A DNA stretch of 63,416 bases, the filler included, from Reticulomyxa filosa (taxonomy: Eukaryota > Protista > Foraminifera), in assembly GCA_000512085.1 (NCBI GenBank). It is 17 parts of 17 records of this genome, joined end to end, with 100 filler letters (N's around TTAATTAATTAA, not from the genome) between each part and the next. Parts side by side here need not be neighbours in the genome. Positions count along the whole stretch, not along the records: positions 1 to 1,191 come from ASPP01049488.1; positions 1,292 to 2,741 come from ASPP01027097.1; positions 2,842 to 7,056 come from ASPP01006672.1; positions 7,157 to 11,461 come from ASPP01015471.1; 13 more parts are not named here. One strand, written 5' to 3'. The position numbers and the translations under genes were made by a program. Shown here in pieces: positions 1 to 11,561 of this stretch. The notes under the pieces are model-generated. The model had not been told where the DNA came from and ran no database searches. It saw only the letters and a list, made by a program, of their open reading frames with translations. Each line of letters begins with the position of its first letter. Within the stretch, counting starts at the first letter, position 1.

Positions 1-329
1 AAATAACACCGAAAATTCTTTGTATTTGTACATTGTGCTGGTCTCTTTCACATCTTAGTCATTCCCAAGCAAAACAAAAAATGTATACGTTGTTATGACA
101 AAAAAAAAAAATTATATATTTTTGAGAAAGTGTGTAACTCGTTGCTGTAAATCTCTTCATTAGCATGTCGTGAGAGATCTTGCAAATACTTTGCAATGCC
201 AGTTATAACACATGAAAAAAGGGTGTTTCTTATGTGACGATGTTTGGATGGCAAAAGGGGACCAGCAAGCTTCTTCCCTCAAGCACCGCAAAGTATTGTG
301 TGTCATCAGCAGTTCCGTTGTGATCATTG

Positions 330-1191
330 GACGAACCAATTATCTAACAAAATACGAAAGATTTCTTGGTTGTCAAAACTGACTGACTCCACAAACACAG
401 CCTTGTTAATGTCGACTGTGTCAAGAATGACTCTATCAAAGGCTCTCACAGCTTAGGCTTTTTTGCGTCGCAGATGGCACATTCAAGAAGGGGTGGGGGG
501 GGAGGGTATTTAGCACCGTGCTCGATTCACACGTCTGACCACATCGTCCATTTTCGATTTTCGACGATGTGGATAGTTGAATTCAAAGGCTTTTGTCAAA
601 TCTTGCAAATTGGCCCAACTCGATATCGGAGCGCTTTGTAAAATATGAGCCAGTAAAAAGACCTTTTTGCCAATTGTGTTAATTGGGATTCTATGAGTTC
701 CATTTTGATACCAATAATTTCAGGATTCGTCGCTCACAAGGATCAATGTACTTTACCTTGCCAGTCCGTCCTCGCATCAACAACGTGGATGTTTCAGCAA
801 TTCTTGTTGCAATGGTGTCTGATGTTTGTCCAAGTTTTTGCTTCACGTCGGCCAATGTGATAAACCCCCCTCCCCCTTCTTCGCTCGAATGCGACAAAAC
901 GTGATCTTCTTTTTCTTTTTCTTCTTTGAAAAATGGACTTGGACGACAACACTTGAAACATTGACTGTCGTCCCTTCCCATTTTGGTTTGAAACAGTGTT
1001 TGTCCATCAAATATTCCGTCGTTGGCATTGGGGCCCCACACTGTGTCCAACCCCACTTCAATAAGGAGGGGGGGTGCCTCCTTCTGCCAACAGAATGTGG
1101 TCTCCAACGCTCAAGTGGATATTGCACTTGACTCTATTGGCTTGCGACGCCATGTTGAATGGCTCGTTGATGATCGAACCCCAAGTTTTCG
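330..1191 (-). pseudogene. Degenerate CAP-Gly-like repeat protein (fragment)
   Basis: Frame-broken pieces LSVGDHILLAEGG, EVGLDTVWGPNANDGIFDGQTLFQTKMGR and RGRTGKVKYID resemble CAP-Gly (G.V.YIG...GVELD...NDG..G..F). Clear nucleotide paralog at 62016-62480. Confidence 0.55.
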
Positions 1192-1291
1192 NNNNNNNNN
1201 NNNNNNNNNNNNNNNNNNNNNNNNNNNNNNNNNNNTTAATTAATTAANNNNNNNNNNNNNNNNNNNNNNNNNNNNNNNNNNNNNNNNNNNN
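1192..1291. other. Artificial contig linker (N44-TTAATTAATTAA-N44); first of 16
   Basis: Identical 100-nt spacers with six-frame stops start at 1192, 2742, 7057, 11462, 16402, 17611, 21156, 23597, 36015, 37317, 39028, 40199, 46344, 47495, 60220 and 61916. Confidence 0.98.
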
Positions 1292-1332
<41 letters not shown>

Positions 1333-1424
1333 GGGGGGGGGGGGGGGGGGGAGAGAGAAACGTACACATATGCACATATACATATATGTATATGCATATA
1401 TGTATATAAATGCAAACACACATT

Positions 1425-2591
1425 TTAGAACGCACATGAATTGTATCCGTTTGCAGAATGGCAAAAATATCTTGCAATGGCTTGCATCTTCACGTCATTG
1501 AAATAAATTTCCTTTGACATGTTATCTTTGACGTCTTGACTCATTTTGGCAACCCACTTTTCGTCCTGATGACTCAAGTCTTGGAGGTGAAACACATATC
1601 GCAGCCCACCACTTTGGAATGGCACCTCATCTATTTTAACTTTACAGTTTTCTCTTCTCCACTCACTCGTTTCATAGTCATAGATGTGTCTTTAAATATG
1701 CACCATCACATGTACACATGTGCTTTGATTTGTAATACGAAACATGTGTATAATGTATACGTATTGTATGTGTATGTACGTGTTGGATGGATAAAAACAT
1801 ATCGCAAGGCTCAAACTTGATTGCTTTTTCGGATCTTATTTTGGACCAATCGGGTGGAGAATGTGGCGTTACTTGCAGTCCTTGATCATTTGGAAACACA
1901 ATAAGTGTGTGAATGCGTTGCATCAAATTTGACTTCTTCGAAGGAAAAAAAAAAAAAAAAAAAAAAAAAAAAGAAGGGAAAAGAATGTGTGTCAAATGTC
2001 AAACAAATAATAAAAATTGTCTTTTCTTCATTGTTTTACTTTTCAACTTTTTTTTTCTTTTTTCACCACGTTTGCGTTTTCACGCGTCCCTACGCTTGCA
2101 AGAACAGGGTTTGCGTACATTATACTTGATTTCTTGCTATTTAGATTTTTAAAATAAAAAAAAAAAAGATAAAAAAGTTGGATGAACTTTCCTACCTTCG
2201 CAAAAATAAACTTAACTGCGAACTTCGAACACTTGCACCACTTGCTGTCAACTCGTCAATTATTGCCGACTTCCTTGTTTCATAGTCCATTTCCGTTATC
2301 TCTCCCACTCCTTTAACGTCTTCAAAACATTTAGCCGGTGCAGACCATCTTGTAAATGCTCGTCTTCACTCATACCTGACTTTATGACAACACTCTGGCC
2401 TGAAAAAATCGAGGTGTCACACTATTCTCTTTATCTTCAGGTACTTCCGCAAGCAAACGTTGCTCAAGATCACTTTGAATAAGCATCAACCATACCTCGC
2501 TGCGGAATTTTCTGTATTCTCCGGACCCTCTTGTAGCCGTAACTGAAAAGTGAACCAATAATTTTGCTTCTTCAAAACGCCAATTGATCAT
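1425..2591 (-). CDS. Alpha-kinase (eEF2K/MHCK family), N-terminal part, multi-exon, 3'-truncated
   Basis: Splicing intron 1690-1816 gives EKAIKHIYDYETSEWRRENCKVKIDEVPFQSGGLRYVF...KWVAK...YFNDVKMQ, matching alpha-kinase subdomains I-III. Upstream exons lie near 1817-1930 and 2200-2591; their linkage is inferred. Confidence 0.8.
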
Positions 2592-5293
2592 GGGGAAAGA
2601 TAGGTCAGTGGGTGTATCATGTTACTTCAATTCAGCTTCAGTTGTTATTTTTAAAAATGTATTCCATTTTCTTTTGAAGCTTTTTAAAACTATGAAATAA
2701 ATTGACAAAAAAATAATGCCTGATTTGTACAAAAAAAAAAANNNNNNNNNNNNNNNNNNNNNNNNNNNNNNNNNNNNNNNNNNNNTTAATTAATTAANNN
2801 NNNNNNNNNNNNNNNNNNNNNNNNNNNNNNNNNNNNNNNNNGACTATGTTCATTGTAAATAGTCAACTGTATACACTCAGTCAGTACCTACCCTTGCGAC
2901 AAGTCGATTACGTTATAAAGAAAATATCTACAATGTTTATTTCCTTTTACGAGACTTCCGTTGCTATACTGACAATAATGCAAATTGTCAACATAAAAAC
3001 ATTCATTCGTTAATTATAACGAATTTTATGTTGGATGCTATTCGATTGTTGATGAAATTAATGCTAATGACAATGCAACAATTTTTCGACTTTGTTTTAA
3101 TCAACATTCAATGATCATGATGTTAATCGTAATTGTTAATATGTACTTATTTTTATTTACTTTTGCTTTTAGATCATCATAGCTTGCAAGTGTATGTGTG
3201 TTTATAACTGCATTTTTTATTAAATATATAGTGTTTTGATCTGGCAATATATGTTGTTGGATAAAATATTGATCGTTCATTAGTTGAATAGCAGTAATAA
3301 TAGAAGTTGGCGTTTCTTCATTTATAGTTGATCTCCTTGTATTAGTTAGCATATTGCTTTAAATGTAACTACATATTTAGCCAGTCATTATAATATCAGC
3401 TTCATCCGATGATAAAATTATATGCTTTTATTTGCTATTGTTGCGCATGTTGTTGTTTTGATTATCATTCACAATAAACAAGGATCTCTTCATAGTTGCT
3501 ACATCCAGTTTTTTAAAACTTTTTTCCAGTTCAGGGGCTTCGTCTAAATTTATCATTGTTCAATCTTTTCAAATGAATCTTTGTCTTTGGTTTTGCATTT
3601 CTTTTCTTTATTGTGTTGAAATACTTTCAAATCCATGACTAATTGAGATTTCTTGCTGACTCCATCATATATTTGTCATTTTCTTATCACGTAGCAAGAT
3701 TCATTTTTCCAAAGTTAATTTACGAAATCAGAATAAGCCACTGCAATTGATCAATTTACCTGTAACTCCACTTATATTATCATCAATCAAACTCCAATTG
3801 TTGTCAAAAAAGATAATTGTATCTCTGGCCCATCAAATTAGTGCAAATACATCAGTCACGTGTAGTCGGCAAAAGGGCAAAGATTTGATCATTTATTGAT
3901 TGTGAAGTAATCAACGGACGCTTGTCGTTCGATGTTGTTCACAAAAGTATCTCAACTACACCGAAAAATCATCAAGAAGTTTAATACTTGGGTCATTTGA
4001 GAAAATATTAACACTCAATTTACACAAGTGAAAAAAAGAAAATGGCTTAACAGTTCATCAATTTGTAGGAAATTAGATTTATCTTCTGGACCATTATGGT
4101 ACATTTTCTTTAATTCACAAAGTTCTTGCCAATTAAAATTTTTAAACAATCGATGTTGTCGAACATTGTCCGCTGTAATTTTGATATAAACTAGCCTTTT
4201 GATTTGTTTTTTATACAATAATTTTCTAATTAAACTAAGTACTATGTAGTAAATTGTACTGAAAATACAACGATCTTTTATAATACGATCGTAATGTTGT
4301 ATTCGATCTTTAGCATAAAATGGAAAATGAAGCAATCATTTCATAGATCAAAATTCACATAGACAACTAGCATACACTTGACTTTGACCTTTTCCAGATA
4401 TCAATTCAGTCACTAAGTATTAATTAGTCATACACACAAAGTGTATGTCGTGCGCGTACAATTTGATTGAATCATTAAAAGTTTTAATTGGAAGATCTTG
4501 GCATGATGACATTGTAAAAAAGTTAAATAACGCCTTGTTCCCTTTCTTCGTAAACAAGTTTTACAAATCCCAAATCAATAATCTTTAAATATCCTTTTTG
4601 ATCTATTAACAGATTTTTGTTTTAAATCTCTGTATACAATGCCTTGCTGTGCGTGTGTTCAACTGTTTACATATACATTTTCTTTGTAATATTTTTTCCT
4701 ACAAATTCTCTTCAGTTTGAAAAGAATTTACATTTGTCATTTTTCTTTTGTTTTTGTCTTGACTCCAAAAAAAAGCTAAAGAGTTCAAAAGTTCAGTAAC
4801 GAACTTTGGAAAAGATTGAAATTCAAACATCTCTAAATCGGACAAACACTTATTTCATGAAAGTATATAATTTTGATTAATCCAAAAAGGCGTCTTTAAT
4901 GAACGTTCTGAAGAGCTTGCAAAGAATGTTCTGTTGTGGACATCCTTGAATGAAACGGCTTGAGAAAGTGATGCCAAGTGTTAATTATCTCCACGAAATG
5001 AGTAAAAAGTAAATTGAGCAAAAAAGTCTGCGTAGCTGGCCTCCAAACAAAAAATCTTGTAAAAGCGACACCAATGAGTACAGAATTTTTTTTTTGTCAA
5101 TATTCACTCTGTATGAAAAAAAAAACGAGGGATCTAAGTAAATGAAATAAACTTTTAAAAAAGTTTATGTCTTGGGAGAATTTACAAAAAAACTCCCTGA
5201 AAACGTCAAAACCATTTTTTTTTAGAAATGGTATAGTATAGCCTCTCCCATACCCCCTCCTCCAAAATTAACCAATATATTTTTACAAAAAGT

Positions 5294-6983
5294 TTATCTT
5301 CGAGCCAACATAAGTTCCATATCTTCTTTTTCGTGTCCCATTGATGCAGGTCTCAAATTTAAATTATCGACCAAATACTTTTGGACATTAGGAGTCAAAA
5401 ACGCTGGCAGAGTGGGTCCCAATCGAATGTTTTTCACACCCAAATGCAATAAGCTCAATAAAACCGCCACAGCCTTTTGTTCAAACCACGACACAGCAAA
5501 GTGCAACGGCAAGCTGTTCAAGTCGGTATTAAGCGCCTCGGCCAACTTCAACGCAACGACAACAGCGGAGTAGGCGTCATTGCATTGTCCACAATCAATA
5601 ATGCGAGGAATGTGAGTGCCTGCAAAGTTGCCCAATTCCAAGTTTCGTAATCGGAATTTGCCACATCCCAAAGTCAAAATGACTGATGTTTGTGGCGTCA
5701 GCTTCGCCAAGTCCGAAAAGTAGCTTCGACTCTTTTCCGTTCCATCGCAGCCACCAATCACAAAAATATCTGTCAAATCCCCGCTCTTGATGGCCTTCAC
5801 TATTGTTTCGGCGTTGCTCAGTAGTGCATGGTGGCCAAAGCCGGTTAAGTGTGGCTTCGATTCCTTCCATGCGTCCATGTTACTCTACAAAAACATTCCC
5901 CAAGTGTCAACCTTTTTTTTTTTTTTTTGGAGAAACACACCAAAAAAAAAAAAAAAAAGAATCAACCAATCAAAATTATCTTTTAACCTCATTGAATCCT
6001 TCCAAAGATAATGCTTTGTCGATGACGACTGCCATGTCTTTGGAGTTGGAGATGTCCACGTGAGGAATTCCTTCGTACCCAACCGCGTTAATTGTGAATA
6101 ATCTGTCCTTATAGCGCCGTCTTGGCGGCATCAAACAATTGGTTGTCATTACAATGCTTCCTGGGAACTCTTTGAATTCTTTCACCTAAAAATTTTAATC
6201 AAATTACGCAGTTACCAAGACCATTCCAATTTTTATAACAAAATAAATAATAATAACAATAATAATTATTATTATTACAAACAAAAACAAAAACTTGGTT
6301 TTGCCAAGCTGATCCAAAATGACCAATGAAATGTTTATACTTTTTCAGTCTCGGATAAGCGTGACTGGGCAGCAGTTCGCCATGGGTGTAGACATTGATG
6401 CCTTTGTCTTTGGTCGCCTCCAGCATTCGCCAGACATCGATGATATCGTGGCCACTCATCAAAATGCATTTTCCGGGCACGGGGGCGGCCGAGACCAAAC
6501 TGGGTTCCGGAACGCCAAACATGTGATTGTGGCAACGGTCCAACAATTCCAGCACTTTGATGTTCACCGCACCAACGTCCATCGCCAGCTTCAAATAGTC
6601 GCCAAGTTCTTGTTTGTTGTTGTTCAGTCCTTCAAAGACCGCGTACAGTTTTTTAAACACTTCAGTTCGCTCCTCTTCGCTGTAGATCGACTTGTTTTCT
6701 TGGCGAATGTGCTCGGCATGTGCAAAATAAGCCATTGTTCCTATTCAACGTTTTTTTTTTTTTTTTTCGATTAGGAGCATGAAACAACAACAACAAAAAA
6801 ATTACTACAGTATACGTATAAAGCAAAAGTTACCTTTCAGTCCGTACAGACTGCATTCATGCAGTCCAAAACAGTCAATGTCTCGAAATTCGTAGCGTCG
6901 CTTTTGGGGACCATATTCTTTGGAATGATTCATCAACTCTTCGTCATTTATCTTTTCCAGATTAAAATCGAACTTTGCTGGTC
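5294..6983 (-). CDS. hcp: Hybrid cluster protein (prismane; hydroxylamine/NO reductase), 5'-truncated
   Basis: Exons 6834-~6983, 6295-6740, 5988-6185 and 5294-5884 splice in frame with GT-AG ends. Motifs YGLKG, SGHD, YTHGE, WQNQ, TTNC, GGCDG, GCGK, GQCND and SWFEQK cover all hybrid-cluster ligands. Confidence 0.96.
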
Positions 6984-7464
6984 CTTTTTTTTTTTTTTTT
7001 CTTTCTCTTTGTGTAAGGGAGGAAGGAGGGGAGAAGAAAAAAAAAAAGAAGAAGAANNNNNNNNNNNNNNNNNNNNNNNNNNNNNNNNNNNNNNNNNNNN
7101 TTAATTAATTAANNNNNNNNNNNNNNNNNNNNNNNNNNNNNNNNNNNNNNNNNNNNAAAAATTTTTTTTTTTTTTTTTTTTTGGGAAAAAAAAAAAAAAA
7201 TAAAGAATGAAATTTGCATTATTGCATGTCACTACGCGTTGGAAAAAAAGAATCAGCAGTTGGTAGATCTTGTAAACAAGTACGGTAAATACATTAAATG
7301 GGGGAAATTTGAATTCAAAGGAGAAACGGTAAAATAAATAAATAATATATACATATATAGTTTGTATACGTGCTCTGATTTTGTATACGTACTTTTTTTT
7401 TTTTTTTTCCTTCCTTCCTTCCTTCCTTCCTCCCTCCCTCTCTTGTGTGTATGTTTATGAATAG

Positions 7465-10220
7465 AACAACTTGTTGATGCACTTGATAAGTGACGTAGGA
7501 GCAAATAACTTGACTTGTGCAAGATATTTGTTGGAAAATGAGTGGTTGACAATGCAAGACCATGGCCTTGAGATTCAGGATGCACTGGAGGGGGCGATCA
7601 CTCGACAAAACTCGAACGCGATAAAAGTGCTATTGCGCGCAAAGTCGTTGAACAAACAAGAGAAAATGGCGCACGAATATGCGATGACGCAAATGAAACA
7701 AGAGAGCAAGTGCCGCCAATTGTTGCGTTATTGTCCATGAAAACCAGTGCGACCGAGTATACGACGACCATGAACAGTTTATTCAAAGTCGTGATTGCAA
7801 TGATCGACGATGGCAAAGTTGTCAGTAGCGACTTGTTTAACATGTGCTGGCTCCATGATAAGGAGCGACTTTGGAGTGCCCTCTTCAAAAAGTGCAAGTC
7901 TCTACTCCAGATCGACACCTTGCACCAGGACGTACTCGCCTGGAAGTGGCTCGAAGAATACCTGCTCGATAACAGAGAGCTGCTAGTGTGGCTGGATGAA
8001 ATGGAGCCAGTCGAAAAAGAAAAGAGAGTCGGTCCATGTCACACCAGTAAAAAAGTAGACACTGAAAAGAAAAGCAGCAGTGAAAAGCCAGACATTAAAG
8101 AGGAGGAAGAGGAGTTGCTCGAATCTAAATCGGTTGAAGACAACACCCAAAAAAATAGTCGTGAGGACCACAATAGTAAGGCTCGTAGTAATGTAAACAT
8201 TCGATGGAATCTGATCAAAAACTTTTGCATGCAAGACGTGGAATTAAAACAACTAACCGATTTGAACGAAAAAATGAACAGAGATTATAATCGCTACAAA
8301 AAAGAGTATGAACAGTTAATGTCCTGGAAATGGAGTGCACACAATAGTTTGGAGCCAGATGGAAACAAAAAACAGTCTGTACGGTGCAGACAAGACAATG
8401 ACTCCAAAGGTGTAAAGTGCACACTTACGTCGTCACAACTGTTTGAAATGCAAACGCAAAGTGACGACGTAATGTTTTATCCAAAGCACTTCTACGACTT
8501 TGAGATTTATTTAAGTGAACTGTTCACGAGGGCACACAAAATGAATCGCACATTTCAAACGGAAATCAAATCGATATTTGACGGACGTGAAGGATGTCTG
8601 TTCGAAGAGGGACCAGTCAAATCATTGGAACGTTCAAAATTAAAAGCTCAGGTAGAGTACAAAGACGCCCCTTTTCCAAGGTCGGCACAAGTTGTTGACA
8701 TATTGCGCTGTCAAATCACGTTCGATACTGTTATCCATCTCCTCAATGGCTTGGGACATTTCAACGTGATGATGATGTCTCCACGTTACAAAAACACGTT
8801 CAAAGTGGTACGTGTGAAAAATGAGTTTGCCGAATGTTTGTCGTCACAAAAACGAGACAAGTTGGACTTTTCAAAATTTATCGATATTAAAATGAACGTG
8901 TTGTTTACAAAGAACAATGAAAGCATTGTAACGGAAGTGCAATTTTCTTTAAAGATTATTGCGAAACTAAAAAAAAAGCAACACCCGCTTTACGAAATTA
9001 TGCGTCAAGAATCGTTTTTATACGATGCATTGAGAGCTATGAGTTATTCTCAATTTGACGTGCAATTGCAAATGGCAAGCTTTCACCCAAAGGAAATGGC
9101 AAATCTAATGCTATTTTTTCCGGACCATTTTGGATGCTCTCCACTTATTCATTGCAGCAAAGACTCCAAGGGTAGTAATTTCATTTCCCAAATGGCAAAC
9201 AACTCGCAAGTCGTTTATTCCTATGCCAATCCTTTGCTGCGGGCAAGACGGTTCATCCCACAAACAACAGTGCAAAGTAAACTGGTGCAACCCAATGAAA
9301 AAAATTCGTACCCACTCATGTTCGCATTGTGGAAGCAAACATCTATTGACACAATCAAATTGTTTATACCTCAGGAGGTTTGCGATGCAAAGACAGTATG
9401 GAATGCTATTAACGATGTTAAGTTTGAAATGGAGAAACCCCTTTTTTTTTTTTTTAACTTTTTTTTAAACCACAAACAAAAAAAAATGGTATAGATGAAA
9501 ATGTCTTGCATTGAATTTGGAGTAAGAAATGTAGCAGTACCTTTCTCGGAAATGTTGAAATTATTGCGTGAAAATGTCCGAGACGAAACTAGGTGGCAGA
9601 AGTTGCTACAATGTTCGGAGAATGATGCAGAATGCACTCCGTTGATGACAGCTGTGTTTTTCCAAGCTAATCTAACTTTGGAAAACGTTGAACAGCTTGT
9701 TCCAAAAAAAGTTACCAGCTCATTCTGGGAAAAAAAATGCAACGAACGTGTACATTCAAAAACGTTATTGCATTTATTATTTTTCCAGTCATTGCCAAAT
9801 GTACGCAGCCGTGTACAGATTTTTAAAAAACTGATACCAAAAGAATCATGGGAAAGACTGATCGTTACCACTGATGATTTTAATCAAATTCCATTGATGG
9901 AAGCATTAGCGAGATCACCAGAAATAAATGAAGAGATTATATCATGGTTACTCCCGAGTAAGATAGATGATTCACTTTGGAAACAACGTACATTCATCAA
10001 TCGAGTATCGACAGACTTGGATGGAATGAACTTATTACATTTAGCAGTGCAAAACCCTAGGATTTATGTATTAGGGACTTTGGAGTGTTTGCGAACGAGA
10101 ATTCCTACAAATGTTTGGAGTGAGCTGCTGAAAATGAAGGATGTTTTTGACGAGACACCGTTAGATGTTGCAAAGCGCTTGAATCAACCCAATGAAGTTC
10201 TTGTCGAATTGGAAAAGTAA
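7465..10220 (+). CDS. Ankyrin-like repeat protein with a central RelA/SpoT-like nucleotidyltransferase domain, 5'-partial
   Basis: Exon 7465-9416 has one frameshift between 7572 and 7737; intron 9417-9494; exon 9495-10220. Central motifs GPVKSLERSKLK, VVDILRC, VRVKNEF, DIKMNV and TEVQF. Ankyrin-like TPLMTA, IPLMEA, NLLHLA and ETPLDVA. Confidence 0.7.
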
Positions 10221-10859
10221 ATAATCGAGTTGCAAACAAACAGTCTTTTCGTTTGTTTGTAACGTTTTTCTGGGATCATAGCAACGTATTCTTGCTTGAT
10301 TTTTTTTATTTATCGTTTTTTCTTATAATTGTTTATTTTGTATGAAACACAGCTAGGGTGGGAATAGTTAGATGAAAGTGATGTAAGAGAGGGGTTGATA
10401 AAAGAGGGTGGGGGGGGGGGGAAATGGAGTGAGTGAAGAATGATATAGGGAGGGTAGAAGTTTAAACTTGGTTATTATACAATAAAAATGGACTCTTTTT
10501 AGAGTTTGTTCGATGGACTCTCTTGTCCTTTGGGACCTACACTATTTCATTATCCTTTTTTGCACTCAAGTTGTAGTAATCTTCTTGCTGACAACATTTG
10601 TTTTTATCCAACCAAATAAAAAGACTTGTAAGTTATGGAAACAAAATCGTATTAATTTAAGGAAACTCTGTTTAACTTATTTGTTTAATGTTTGCCTTTG
10701 TAAGACATCAAGTTTTATCTTTGCTAAAAATAAATGTAAGTTATATTGAAATGAATTCAAAGGCAAATAAAAAGAAGGATCCCCGTGAGAATTGTTTCAG
10801 GAGTACTTGAGATGAGAAACAAGAAAGTTAAAACCTTTTGTAGCGAGTATGGAACATAT

Positions 10860-11420
10860 CTAGAGTGATTTCCGACATTCAAGAAATGTGTTCAAAACAT
10901 TGTCTTTATAAAACTGCTCTTGCTCAGTTTTTCTGGATTTTGTGTTATCAAGATCAAGCCTGTGGACGAATGATTGCAAATTCAAAAAGTTGTTGTCTTT
11001 GAACAGTGTATTAAGCCTTTGATATTCACTGCTGTGATATTCAAGCAACGTGTGTGGCGCCAGCCTGAAGAGCTGAAGCCAGACACAGCCAGGATTGATT
11101 TTTTCTCGATACAAGCGCACAAGAATCCATTGGACATTGGACACGATGGACGCAGTGGATTTTTTGTGGTGAAGCAAAGGAGCAATGCACTCGACCAAGT
11201 CTTTCGATATCGCCCGTACGACATCATGTTGTGTTTTTTTATCTTGAATTTCTAAGCCCTGAATCATGTCTGTGTCTTGTCTCGAAGCCATCTTGTCGAC
11301 ACTGGTATCCCCCATCAGCGCCATTACACATTTCAAAAGTACATTGATATTTTTTACTTCCAAGGATGCCTCTGCATTTGCTCCATTGAGATTATTGTAC
11401 AAATCATTTTGATTTTTTCT
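10860..11420 (-). CDS. Last exon of an alpha-helical protein, possibly TTI1-like C-terminus
   Basis: 180-aa ORF ending in a stop. CIAPLL...ILVRLYREKINPGCVWLQL loosely resembles the TTI1 'DPD..W..L' tail; the assignment is weak. Confidence 0.35.
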   Translation of the reverse strand, partial: RKNQNDLYNNLNGANAEASLEVKNINVLLKCVMALMGDTSVDKMASRQDTDMIQGLEIQDKKTQHDVVRAISKDLVECIAPLLHHKKSTASIVSNVQWILVRLYREKINPGCVWLQLFRLAPHTLLEYHSSEYQRLNTLFKDNNFLNLQSFVHRLDLDNTKSRKTEQEQFYKDNVLNTFLECRKSL

Positions 11421-11561
11421 GGGAGAAAATAAACAAGCAAAAAAAAAAAAAGGAATATATANNNNNNNNNNNNNNNNNNNNNNNNNNNNNNNNNNNNNNN
11501 NNNNNTTAATTAATTAANNNNNNNNNNNNNNNNNNNNNNNNNNNNNNNNNNNNNNNNNNNN

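Noticed and set aside
5294-6983. Bacterial contaminant origin of hcp
   Set aside because: Three in-frame-splicing GT-AG introns with host-like homopolymers.
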